DNA of 64,000 nt from an uncultured Actinomycetes bacterium (GCA_963779685.1 CAVZZG010000001.1:1179458-1243457); one strand, 5' to 3'. Positions 1 to 9,677 are shown, counted from the first letter of the stretch. The notes: generated by a model from the sequence alone, not told the origin. A program made the numbers and translations.

Positions 1-1
1 C

Positions 2-850
2 AACTACGACCCGCTCGGGGCCATCACCGTCGTCGGCCACCTCGCGTTGCTCGTCTACGGCATCTCGCGCGCCCCGCAGGTCGGGTGGACATCGCCGCAG
101 ACCATCGGCGTGCTGGTTGCGTCGGCACTGTTCCTCACCGCCTTCCTGGTCACGGAGTCGCGGGTCTCGGCGCCGCTCGTGCCCCTGGGCATCTTCCGGC
201 ACAGGACGCTGACGGGAGCGAACGTCGTCGGCTTCCTGCTGGGTGCGACGATCTTCGCCAACTTCTTCGTGCTGACGCTCTACGTCCAGGACGTCCTCGG
301 CTACTCGGCGTTGCGGGCCGGGCTCACGTTCCTGGCCACGGCCGGCACGGCCGTCCTCGTCGCCGGCCTGGCTCAGGCAGCCGCGACGAGGGTCGGCGTC
401 AAGCCGGTCCTCATGAGCGGCCTCGTACTGATGGCGGTCGGCATGCTGTGGTACACGCAGCTCCCGGTCGACGGCGACTTCCTGACGAACCTGCTGCCCG
501 GTTACCTGGTCGTCGGCGTCGGCATCCCGATGGCCTTCATCCCGGTGTCGATCGCAGCCCTCGCGGGGATCGAACGGCATGAGGCCGGCCTGGCGTCCGG
601 ACTCATCAACACCAGCCAGCAGATCGGCGGTGCGATCGGCGCCGCCATCGCCTCGACCGTCTTCACGACCCGCATCGAGAATCTCGCCACGGCGGGCCCG
701 CCGTCGCCGGCGGTGCTCACGGACGCGTTCACGCTGGCCTTCTGGGCGATCCTGGCCTTTGCCGTGGCAGCGATCGCGGCCACCATGATCCTGATCCGCA
801 GCGACGAACTCGTCGTCGTCCAGCCGGAGGTCGCCACCGAGCTCGCATGA
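2..850 (+). CDS. MFS transporter (DHA2/EmrB-QacA-like), C-terminal part; 5' end outside window
   Basis: Frame is open from the window edge through ORF 47..850. The translation is a series of hydrophobic helices with MFS-type loops (GIFRHRTL, LINTSQQIGGAIGAAI). High-GC3 coding signature. Confidence 0.7.
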   Translation, partial: NYDPLGAITVVGHLALLVYGISRAPQVGWTSPQTIGVLVASALFLTAFLVTESRVSAPLVPLGIFRHRTLTGANVVGFLLGATIFANFFVLTLYVQDVLGYSALRAGLTFLATAGTAVLVAGLAQAAATRVGVKPVLMSGLVLMAVGMLWYTQLPVDGDFLTNLLPGYLVVGVGIPMAFIPVSIAALAGIERHEAGLASGLINTSQQIGGAIGAAIASTVFTTRIENLATAGPPSPAVLTDAFTLAFWAILAFAVAAIAATMILIRSDELVVVQPEVATELA

Positions 851-930
851 CCGCGGTTGCGGGTTGCCCGCAGCCAGGGTTCGGCGGCCACGCCGAGGTT
901 CCGCGTGGCCGTCTGGGGCACCCTTGACGT

Positions 931-2184
931 ATGGTGCTCCGAATCGTCATCCTCGGCGGCGGCACGGGCGGCACGATCATGGCCAACCGCCTGCGCCGCG
1001 TCTGGTCGCCCGATGAGGCGGACATCGTGGTCGTCGACCGCGACGACGCCCATCTCTACCAGCCCGGACTGCTGTTCGTGCCGTTCGGCCTCGCCCACGC
1101 CGACGACTTCTACCGGCCGCGGCACCTGCAACTGCATCAGGACATCACGTTCCAGCAGGCCGAGATCGACCGCGTCGAGACCGCTAGCGACACGGTGCAC
1201 CTCGGCGACGGGCGGGAACTTGCGTACGACATCCTGATCGTCGCAACGGGCGCCCGGCTCGTGCCCGGCGAGACGGAGGGGCTCACCGGCGCCGGCTGGT
1301 TCGAGTCCGCCTTCCCGTTCTACACCGCCGAGGGCGCCAGCGCCCTGGCGCAGGCCCTGCGACGGTTCGATGGTGGCCGGCTGGTGGTGAACGTGGTCGA
1401 CATGCCGATCAAGTGCCCCGTGGCGCCGCTCGAGTTCGCGTTCCTGGCAGACTGGTACCTCGGCGAGCGCGGGGTCCGCGATCGCACCGAGCTGGTGTAC
1501 GTCACGCCGCTCGACGGCGCGTTCACGAAGCCCGTCGCATCGCAGATGCTGTCCGGTCTGCTCGCCTCCAAGCGCATCGAGCTCGTCACTGAGTTCAACG
1601 CCGGCGAGGTCGACGGGCCGAACGGCGTCCTCCGCAGCTACGACGACCGCGAGGTGCCGTACGACCTCCTCGTCACGGTCCCGCTGCATGCGGGGGCCGG
1701 GTACGTCGACCGCTCGCCCGGGCTTGGCGACGACACCGGCTTCGTCCCCACCGACCCGAGGACGCTGCAGTCGAAGGCCGCACCGAACGTGTTCGCGATC
1801 GGCGACGCCACGAACCTGCCGACGTCCAAGGCCGGCTCGGTGACGCACTTCGAGGCGGCCACGCTGACGGCGAACATCGGCCGGTTCGTGTCCGGCGAGC
1901 CGCTCGCCGGCTCGTTCGACGGTCACGCCAACTGCTTCATCGAGACCGGCTCGCACAAGGCCCTGCTGATCGACTTCGACTACGACCGGGAGCCGCTGCC
2001 GGGGCGCTTTCCGTCGCAGACGTTCGGGCCGTTGCCGCTGTTGCGCGAGTCCCGCGCCAACCACCTCGGCAAGCTGCTGTTCGAGAAGATCTACTGGCAC
2101 GCGCTCCTGCCCGGGCATGGCATTCCGGGCGTCGACGCACCGCATCGCACGGAGCCCGTGACCGAGAAGGGAGCGACGACATGA
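931..2184 (+). CDS. Sulfide:quinone oxidoreductase-like FAD-dependent oxidoreductase
   Basis: N-terminal Rossmann motif IVILGGGTGGT. PIKCPVAPLEF cysteine block. Late FAD motif FAIGDATNLPTSKAG and a second Cys (GHANCFIE). Pattern typical of the SQR / pyridine-nucleotide-disulfide oxidoreductase family. Confidence 0.75.
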   Translation: MVLRIVILGGGTGGTIMANRLRRVWSPDEADIVVVDRDDAHLYQPGLLFVPFGLAHADDFYRPRHLQLHQDITFQQAEIDRVETASDTVHLGDGRELAYDILIVATGARLVPGETEGLTGAGWFESAFPFYTAEGASALAQALRRFDGGRLVVNVVDMPIKCPVAPLEFAFLADWYLGERGVRDRTELVYVTPLDGAFTKPVASQMLSGLLASKRIELVTEFNAGEVDGPNGVLRSYDDREVPYDLLVTVPLHAGAGYVDRSPGLGDDTGFVPTDPRTLQSKAAPNVFAIGDATNLPTSKAGSVTHFEAATLTANIGRFVSGEPLAGSFDGHANCFIETGSHKALLIDFDYDREPLPGRFPSQTFGPLPLLRESRANHLGKLLFEKIYWHALLPGHGIPGVDAPHRTEPVTEKGATT

Positions 2185-2492
2185 CCACCATCGCAGGCGT
2201 CCCCGTCGACGTCGACGCGGAAGGGTTCCTCACCGACCCTGCCCAGTGGAACGAGGACATCGCGCGCGAGATCGCGGCGGAGAACGGCATCGCCGAGCTG
2301 ACCGCCCGTCACTGGCAGGTCATCCGGTTCATGCGGGAGACCTACCTGCGTGATGGCCAGGCGCCGACCATGCGGAGTCTCGGCAAGTCGTCGGGCGTCC
2401 CGATCAAGGAGCTCTACCAGCTCTTCCCGAAGGGCCCCGCCAAGCTCGCCGCCAAGATCGGCGGCATTCCCAAGCCCCACGGCTGCATCTGA
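2181..2492 (+). CDS. TusE/DsrC-family sulfur-relay protein (single-Cys, TusE-type)
   Basis: 103 aa ending ...GGIPKPHGCI, with the penultimate Cys characteristic of DsrC/TusE. No second Cys about 10-11 residues upstream. ATGA start/stop overlap with the upstream flavoprotein gene. Confidence 0.8.
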   Translation: MTTIAGVPVDVDAEGFLTDPAQWNEDIAREIAAENGIAELTARHWQVIRFMRETYLRDGQAPTMRSLGKSSGVPIKELYQLFPKGPAKLAAKIGGIPKPHGCI

Positions 2493-2503
2493 GAGGACCG
2501 ATC

Positions 2504-2971
2504 ATGAGCGACCACGTCGAGAAGGTCTCGATCATCATCTCCAAGGGCTCGCTGGAGGGGGTCTATCCTGGCCTGATCATGGCCAACGGCGCCCGCATGG
2601 AGGGCATCGACGCGAACCTGTTCTTCACGTTCTTCGGGATGGATGCCATCAACAAGAAGCGGCACGAGCACATCAAGGCCGCGACCGTCGGCAACCCGGG
2701 GCTGCACCTGGCCTCCATGCTCGGCGTGCTGCCGGGGATGAGCGCCATGGTGACCCACCAGCTCGAGAAGGCGATGGCCGAGCTCGACATCCCGCCGATC
2801 CCCGAGTTCATCGAGATGATCGCCGACTCGGGCGCCGGGCTGTACGCCTGCAAGGCGTCGGTCGACATGTTCAAGCTCACGCGCGCGGACTTCATCGACC
2901 AGGTCGAGGACATCATCACGGTCGGCGAGTTCTACGAGAAGGCCGGCGGCGGGCAGATCATCTTCACGTAG
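2504..2971 (+). CDS. DsrE/DsrF-like family protein
   Basis: 155 aa. N-terminus KVSIIISKGSLEGVYPGLIMANGA and single Cys in GLYACKASVDMF resemble DsrE-like sulfurtransferase-family proteins. Starts 12 nt after tusE-like gene. Confidence 0.7.
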   Translation: MSDHVEKVSIIISKGSLEGVYPGLIMANGARMEGIDANLFFTFFGMDAINKKRHEHIKAATVGNPGLHLASMLGVLPGMSAMVTHQLEKAMAELDIPPIPEFIEMIADSGAGLYACKASVDMFKLTRADFIDQVEDIITVGEFYEKAGGGQIIFT

Positions 2972-3011
2972 CGCAGCAGCCCGCCGGGCCGGGCGTAACG
3001 ATTCCGGAACG

Positions 3012-4250
3012 GTGGTGCGGCAGACTCGAAGCATGAGCCCTGCGTGGAGCGCGCGCGCGTCCAGGCCGGCGTACCTGGTGTGCGTGGTGCTCGCCTGCCT
3101 GATCGCATGCCTCGTCGTCCTGGTCGTCCTCCTCCGGCTCGACGGGTCGTACGCACGGTCGCACTCGCTCGCCAGCGGCGTACCGGACCTGCTGATCATG
3201 GCCTCGTTCGCCGTCGTCGGTGTCTTCGCCGTGCTGAAGCGCCCGGCCAACCTGGTCGGGTGGGCGCTCGTGCTCGCCGGCGCGGGGTTGCTGGCCGGCG
3301 GCGTGCTCGGGACCTACGCCGAGCTGGCCCTGCTCGCAAAGCCCGAGGCGGGACTGCCGGCGGGCGCAGCTGCCGAGGCCGTTTCCGGCGGCGCCTGGAC
3401 GCCTCTCATGGCGGGCGTCTTCCTCCTGCTCCTCGTCTTCCCGCTGGGCACGCTGCCAACGCCGGCCCTTCGCCGGTTCGCGGTGCTCGTGCTGCTCGGC
3501 TTCGCCGTCGTCTGGACGATCATCGCGACGGCCCCGGGAACGTTCGACCCGCCGTTCGCCGCCTATCGCAACCCGCTCGCCGTCACGACCAGCCGCTCCT
3601 ACATCGTCGCGATGGTCCCGGTCATCGCCGCCTGTCTCCTGTCCGTGCTGGCGGCCGGGGTCATTGCGCTGCGCCGGTTCCGCCGGTCACGTGATCAGGA
3701 GCGACAGCAGTTCAAGTGGCTTGCGGCCAGCGCCGGGCTCCTGGTCGTGACGCTGCCCATCGGCGCCGCGTTCAACTCGTTGCCGATCGTGAGCTCGGTG
3801 TTCACCGCGGAGCTGATCGCCCTGCCCGTGTCGGTCGGCGTGGCCATCCTTCGCTACCGGCTGTACGAGATCGACGTGATCATCCGCAGGACGCTGATCT
3901 ACGGTGCGTTGCTGGTCGTTCTGGCGGTGGTCTACCTGGGCGGCGTCTACCTGCTCGGCGGGGCGCTGCGTTCCATCACCGGTGGCTCGGGGACGCTGGC
4001 GGTGACGCTCTCGACGCTAGCCGTGGCCGGGGCGTTCCAGCCGCTGCGAGGCCGGATCCAGCGGATCGTCGACCACCGCTTCTACCGTCGCAAGTACGAC
4101 GCCGCCCGGACGCTCGAGCTGTTCGGCGGGCGGCTGCGGGAGCAGATCGACCTCTCGGTGCTGCAGCAGGAGATGCTCGCGACGGTGCGTGCCACCGTCC
4201 AGCCCCGCGGCGCCACCCTCTGGCTTCGCGACGACCGGGGCCGGGTGTGA
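3012..4250 (+). CDS. Multi-pass membrane protein, paralog A (sensor-like N-terminal module, no output domain)
   Basis: About 8 predicted hydrophobic helices, then a conserved tail ILRYRLYEIDVIIRRT...FQPLRGRIQRIVDHRFYRRKYD...LWLR. No kinase or other enzymatic motif. Start could be GTG 3012 or ATG 3033. Confidence 0.65.
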   Translation: MVRQTRSMSPAWSARASRPAYLVCVVLACLIACLVVLVVLLRLDGSYARSHSLASGVPDLLIMASFAVVGVFAVLKRPANLVGWALVLAGAGLLAGGVLGTYAELALLAKPEAGLPAGAAAEAVSGGAWTPLMAGVFLLLLVFPLGTLPTPALRRFAVLVLLGFAVVWTIIATAPGTFDPPFAAYRNPLAVTTSRSYIVAMVPVIAACLLSVLAAGVIALRRFRRSRDQERQQFKWLAASAGLLVVTLPIGAAFNSLPIVSSVFTAELIALPVSVGVAILRYRLYEIDVIIRRTLIYGALLVVLAVVYLGGVYLLGGALRSITGGSGTLAVTLSTLAVAGAFQPLRGRIQRIVDHRFYRRKYDAARTLELFGGRLREQIDLSVLQQEMLATVRATVQPRGATLWLRDDRGRV

Positions 4251-4407
4251 GCAACCCGACGATCGTCCGGTTGGCGTGGGTCGCCTGGTGGCTGACGCTC
4301 GTCTTCGAGGTCGGCCTGGTCGGGTTCGGCCTCGCCAACGTCGCCGGTGACTCGCGGGCGAGCGGTGACGTCCTCGACCTGCTGGTGCGACGTCAGCCGC
4401 GATCCTC

Positions 4408-5463
4408 GTGTTCCAGAGCATGGCGACGGTCGGCGTCCTGATCGCGCGCCGTGATGCCGGGAACGCCGTCGGCTGGATCTTCTGCCTCTCACCACTCCTG
4501 ATGATGGCGGGCAACTTCTTCGGGACGTACGGCGAGTATGCGCTCAACACGAATCCCGGCGCCGCGCCCGCCGGCGTGATCGCCGGCCAGCTCGGCACCT
4601 GCTGGATCATCGGGATGACGTTGTTCGCGACGTACGTGCCGCTGCTCTTTCCCGATGGCCGCCTGCCCGGCCCGCGCTGGAGGCCGGTGGCATGGCTCGG
4701 CGCTCTCGGTCTGGCGGGCCTATGGATCGGCGTCATGTTCGGGCCCACCACGCTCGATGCGCCGCTCGAACGGTTCCACAACCCGATCGGCGTCGAAGGC
4801 CTTCAGTACGTCGTCTTCGCAGGTCTGGCACTCCCGGTGGTGATGGTGCTGGGGATCGCATCCATGATCGTCCGGTACCGGCGCGGCGATCAGGTCGAAC
4901 GGGCGCAGCTGCGCTGGTTCGTCGCCTCGGTCTGTGCCTTCGCCCTGTTCGACGTGCTCTCGATCCTGGCGGACGCCACCGGCCTGCTGACGCTGCCCGA
5001 CTTCGCGTTCCTGGTGGTGCTGTGGCTGGTTCCGGCCTCGGTCGGGATCGCGATCCTCCGCTACCGGCTGTACGACATCGACGTGATCATCCGGCGGACG
5101 CTCGCCTACGGCGCGCTCATCGTGGCCCTGGGCGCCGTCTACCTCGTCGGCGTCTACGCGATCGGCGAGGTCCTGCGGGCGGCCACCGGCAGCTCGGGCG
5201 CGCTGGCCGTGACGCTCTCGACGCTGGCGGTGGCGGCCGCGTTCCAGCCGCTGCGCGGCCGGATCCAGCGTGCCGTCGATCGCCGCTTCTACCGCGCCGC
5301 CTACGACGGCCGCGCGGCGGTCGACGCGTTCAGCGGGACGGTGCAGCGTCAGGTCGACCTCGACGCGCTCACCACCGAGCTCCTCCACGTCATCGACACC
5401 ACGGTCAGGCCGGCGCACTGCTCGGTCTGGCTGCAGGTTCCAGATAGCGCAACCGCTAGTTGA
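4408..5463 (+). CDS. Multi-pass membrane protein, paralog B (uninterrupted part; N-terminal ~46 codons lie in another frame from 4247)
   Basis: Same architecture and near-identical C-terminal motifs as paralog A (ILRYRLYDIDVIIRRT...FQPLRGRIQRAVDRRFYRAAYD). The upstream frame 4247..4387 encodes the paralogous first TM helix and the SGDVLDLL motif. Confidence 0.65.
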   Translation: MFQSMATVGVLIARRDAGNAVGWIFCLSPLLMMAGNFFGTYGEYALNTNPGAAPAGVIAGQLGTCWIIGMTLFATYVPLLFPDGRLPGPRWRPVAWLGALGLAGLWIGVMFGPTTLDAPLERFHNPIGVEGLQYVVFAGLALPVVMVLGIASMIVRYRRGDQVERAQLRWFVASVCAFALFDVLSILADATGLLTLPDFAFLVVLWLVPASVGIAILRYRLYDIDVIIRRTLAYGALIVALGAVYLVGVYAIGEVLRAATGSSGALAVTLSTLAVAAAFQPLRGRIQRAVDRRFYRAAYDGRAAVDAFSGTVQRQVDLDALTTELLHVIDTTVRPAHCSVWLQVPDSATAS

Positions 5464-8086
5464 TCCGCACGCGAACGTCGAGCGCGACGGCGCCCGAGCC
5501 CGGCGGGCCGGCGACGACCGGGTTGATGTCGAGCTCGGCAATCGCCGGCAGGCCGTCGACGAGCGCCGAGATCCGGAGGATGATGTCTCGCAGCGCGTCG
5601 ACGTCGGCGGCCGGCCGGCCGCGGTAGCCGTCCAGCTGCGGCGAGCCCCGGCGCTCACGGAGCAGCTCCTCGGCGTCGACGTCGGTCAGCGGGGCGATCC
5701 GGAAGCCCGTGTCGGCGTACAGCTCGGCGTCGACGCCGCCGAACCCGAACGCGACCAGCGGGCCGAACGTCGGATCCTGCACGGCGCCGATCAGGCACTC
5801 GCGTCCGGGTGGGCAGGTCGCCTGGATGACGACTCCCTCGAAAGCCTCGTCGCCGCCGATCTCGACCGCTGCGCCCCGGATGGCGTCGAACGCCCGGCCC
5901 ACGGCGTCGGTCGATCCGACCCCGAGTTGGACGCCGCCGGCATCGCTCTTGTGGAGGATGGTGCGGGACGCGAGCTTGACGGCGACCGGGAACCCGATCT
6001 CGTCGGCTGCGGCCACCGCGGCATCGCGGGTCGCGACCACGCGGGACCGGATGACCGGGATGCCGCAGGCCTCGAGCAGCGCGAACCCCTCGGCCGGCCC
6101 GAGCCAGCCGGGTTCGGCCCTCGCGATCCGCTCGTGAGCGGCCGCCAGGTCGACGATCGCCCCGGGCGGGTCGCCGCGGCGCCTGCGGCGGTAGGCGGCG
6201 ATCCGGGCCGCGTGCCCGAGCGCGAGCACGGCCCGTTCCGGGAAGGTCACCAGCGGGATCCGACCCCTGCTCCCGGGCGGGTTCAGGGTCGGCGGCTCGC
6301 CGGAGGCGGCCACCAGGCAGGCGACGATCGGCTTGCCGTTCGGCCGGAGGTCGCGCGCCCGCCGGATGGCGTAGCCCATCGCGTCGGAGGTCTGGTCGAG
6401 CGCCGGGACGTGCATGGCGCAGACGATGTCGATGGCAGGATCGTCGTGCACCAGCCCCACCGCTTCGGCGTATGCCTCGGGGCTGGCGCTCGGAAGCACG
6501 TCGGTCGGGTTCCCCGCCGAGGCATCCGGCGAGAGCACGCGCCGGAGGCTCGCGACGGTCTCGGCCCCGAGTCCGGGAAGCTCGAGGCCGGCCGCCGCCG
6601 CCGCGTCCGCGGCGAGGATGCCGAGCCCGCCGGCGTTGGTGACGATGCCCAGCCGTCCGCCGGCCGGTACGCCGCAGGCGTCGAGGACGCGGGTGGCGTC
6701 GAGCAGGTTCTCGAGCGTGTCGACCCGGACGATGCCGGCCTGGCGGAAGAGCGCCTCGGTCACGTCCTCCCTGGCCGCGATCGCGGCGGTATGACTGGCG
6801 GCGGCCCGCTGGCCGGCCACCGTCCGTCCCGCCTTCAGGATCACCAGGGGCTTGGCGGCGGAGAGCCGGCGTGCGACCCGCGCGAATCGCCGCGGATCGC
6901 CGAACGTCTCGACGTAGAGGGCCACGAGACCGATTCGCTCGTCGTCCTCGAACCATTCCAGCAGGTCGACGGCGGCAACGTCGGCGCCGTTACCGGTCGA
7001 GACGAACGCGCCGATGCCGAGGCCCGTGGCGGCCGCGTCCTCGAGCAGCACGATGCCGACCGCACCGCTCTGCGACACCAGCGCGACCCGGCCGGGGGGC
7101 AGGCGTGTGCCCGCGAACGTGGCGTCGAACGCTCCTTCGGGCGCGGAGATCCTGACGCCGAGGCAGTTCGGCCCGACCAGCCGGGCGCCGTGGGCACGGC
7201 ACAACTCGACCACCTCACGCTGCAGCGCTGCGCCCTCGCGGCCGGTCTCGGCGAACCCGGCGGACAGCACCAGGATCGCGCGGGCGCCGCCCGCGAGGCA
7301 GTCCGCGACCGCGGCGGGCACCGCTGCGGCGGCGACGGCGATCACGGCAAGGTCGATCGTTTCGGGCAGGGCGGTGGCGGACGGGAACGAGTCGACGCCG
7401 CCGACCCGCGCGGCACTCGGGTTGATGGCGTACAGGGCGCCGGCGTCGAACGTCGCAACGAGGTTCGCGATCAGGTGGCCGCCGACCGAGCTGGGCCGGC
7501 GCGAGGCACCGACCACGGCGATGCTCGCCGGGCGCATCAGCGGGGCGAGGGAGGCCGTGGTTGCGGCGTGGGTGCGGCGGTCGGCCGCCGCGACGTTGCC
7601 GGCGGTATCCGCCAGGTCGACCGTGAACTCGATGGCGCCGCCGGAGGCGTGCCGGCTCACCTGGAAGCCGAGATCATCGAGCACCTGCGCCATCGCCCGG
7701 TTCTCCGACAGCACCAGCGCCAGCATCCGGGTGATGCCCTCGGCACGCGCGGCGGAGGCCATGGCCTCGAACAGCACGGTGCCCACGCCCCTGCCGTGTT
7801 CCGCGTCGGCGACCGCCACCGCCATCTCGGCCATGGCGGGTTCGACCAGTGGCACGTAGCAGGAGACGCCGATCATCGTGCTGCCCCGGAACGCCACGTA
7901 CGGCCGGCTGCCGATCCCGCCCAGCAGCGTCGCCCCTCGGTCGGCGGCGACGGAGCCGTGGAACCGCAGGCGCCGGCTCTCGGCCGAGAGGGCGTCGGAG
8001 AACCGTTCCAGCTCGGCCGCGTCCGCCTGCGTGTAGGGCCGGATCAGCGCCGCCGTGCCGTCGGCGAGCAGCGAATGCGTGGTCAC
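5456..8086 (-). CDS. Protein lysine acetyltransferase-type fusion: N-terminal GNAT + NDP-forming acyl-CoA synthetase-like domains
   Basis: 876 aa. The GNAT core (AVADAEHGRGVGTVLFEAM) is followed by CoA-binding SIAVVGASRRP, LVGPNCLGV and ATP-grasp-like C-terminal blocks. The domain order is inverted relative to enterobacterial Pat. Confidence 0.75.
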   Translation of the reverse strand: MTTHSLLADGTAALIRPYTQADAAELERFSDALSAESRRLRFHGSVAADRGATLLGGIGSRPYVAFRGSTMIGVSCYVPLVEPAMAEMAVAVADAEHGRGVGTVLFEAMASAARAEGITRMLALVLSENRAMAQVLDDLGFQVSRHASGGAIEFTVDLADTAGNVAAADRRTHAATTASLAPLMRPASIAVVGASRRPSSVGGHLIANLVATFDAGALYAINPSAARVGGVDSFPSATALPETIDLAVIAVAAAAVPAAVADCLAGGARAILVLSAGFAETGREGAALQREVVELCRAHGARLVGPNCLGVRISAPEGAFDATFAGTRLPPGRVALVSQSGAVGIVLLEDAAATGLGIGAFVSTGNGADVAAVDLLEWFEDDERIGLVALYVETFGDPRRFARVARRLSAAKPLVILKAGRTVAGQRAAASHTAAIAAREDVTEALFRQAGIVRVDTLENLLDATRVLDACGVPAGGRLGIVTNAGGLGILAADAAAAAGLELPGLGAETVASLRRVLSPDASAGNPTDVLPSASPEAYAEAVGLVHDDPAIDIVCAMHVPALDQTSDAMGYAIRRARDLRPNGKPIVACLVAASGEPPTLNPPGSRGRIPLVTFPERAVLALGHAARIAAYRRRRRGDPPGAIVDLAAAHERIARAEPGWLGPAEGFALLEACGIPVIRSRVVATRDAAVAAADEIGFPVAVKLASRTILHKSDAGGVQLGVGSTDAVGRAFDAIRGAAVEIGGDEAFEGVVIQATCPPGRECLIGAVQDPTFGPLVAFGFGGVDAELYADTGFRIAPLTDVDAEELLRERRGSPQLDGYRGRPAADVDALRDIILRISALVDGLPAIAELDINPVVAGPPGSGAVALDVRVRIN

Positions 8087-8475
8087 GCGTCGTCCCCGGC
8101 GGCTCGCGCCTCCGAGGCATAGCTACGGTAGACGGCCAGCAGCGCATCCTTCTGGGCGTCGGTCAGCACGGGGTCGGCCCGGATCGCCAACTCCGTCCCC
8201 GACGTCGGCTCGCCGTCACCGGCGGCCGGGTCGGGAGCGAACCCGACCTGTGCGAGCAGGGTCTCGAGCGGGACGCCGTACGCCTCGGCGAGCGAGGCCA
8301 TGACTCGCAGCGAGGGCTCGTGGAGGCCCCGCTCGAGCTGGCTGAGGTACGCGTTCGAGAGCTGCGTCATGGTCGCCAGCTCGCGCAGCGAGAGGTCGGC
8401 GACCTGGCGCTGCGCGCGAAGGTAGCGCCCAAAGGACTCGATCTGGCTCTTCCAGGGGTCGAACGGCTCGGACAT
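8083..8475 (-). CDS. XRE-family helix-turn-helix transcriptional regulator
   Basis: HTH_3-like stretch LSLRELATMTQLSNAYLSQLERGLHEPS. Its stop overlaps the start of the acetyltransferase gene by 4 nt (ATGA). Confidence 0.8.
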   Translation of the reverse strand: MSEPFDPWKSQIESFGRYLRAQRQVADLSLRELATMTQLSNAYLSQLERGLHEPSLRVMASLAEAYGVPLETLLAQVGFAPDPAAGDGEPTSGTELAIRADPVLTDAQKDALLAVYRSYASEARAAGDDA

Positions 8476-8529
8476 GACGATGCCGGCAGCGTAGCGCTGC
8501 CGGCATCGTCGTCCGATCTTGCCTCGGTG

Positions 8530-8826
8530 CTACTTGGCGGCCGGGGTCTTGACCTTCGGCAGCGCGGGCTCGACGGCGCCGGTGACGGTGGTCCAGTAGG
8601 CATGCTGCGCGGCGACGAGCTTCTCGGCGAAGCCGAACGCGTTGTCGACGAGCTCCTTCGGAGCCGGCATGTCGACACCGGCGGGTGCCGGGATGTCCTT
8701 GGCGAACGGCGCGGTGGCCTTGGCCCATGCCGTCGCGTTCTCGACGGCGATCTTCTGGCTCTGCGCCATGAAGTCGAGGACCTGCGTCTGGTAGGCCTGG
8801 GAAAGCTCGAGGTAGGTGGTAGCCAT
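8530..8826 (-). CDS. Hypothetical small protein (helical, phasin-like composition)
   Basis: ORF 8530..8856. Internal ATG at 8826 is preceded by GAAGGAGAACACC (strong SD). High GC3. No recognisable catalytic motif. Confidence 0.55.
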   Translation of the reverse strand: MATTYLELSQAYQTQVLDFMAQSQKIAVENATAWAKATAPFAKDIPAPAGVDMPAPKELVDNAFGFAEKLVAAQHAYWTTVTGAVEPALPKVKTPAAK

Positions 8827-8932
8827 GGTGTTCTCCTTCAGATGCGTCATGCGCATACTATAGTACGCATCGATTGAGAAATCAAGCGACCTTCCGGCCC
8901 GGGGAGGTTCGAGTATCCCGCGTCGCGGGACG

Positions 8933-9673
<741 letters not shown>

Positions 9674-9677
<4 letters not shown>

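Noticed and set aside
502-2145. 547-aa minus-strand ORF
   Set aside because: It is antisense to the MFS and SQR-like genes and has no motifs. It is a GC-rich shadow frame.
5270-8122. 950-aa plus-strand ORF
   Set aside because: It is antisense to the GNAT/acyl-CoA-synthetase fusion, whose motifs are clear on the minus strand. Its composition is Arg/Gly/Asp low complexity.
8847-8932. 3' extension of the livF ORF into the start of the neighbouring small gene
   Set aside because: The tail is non-homologous (Arg/Pro-rich). The canonical LivF C-terminus and its stop lie in the adjacent frame at 8933, so this is treated as a read-through artefact of a 1-nt indel.
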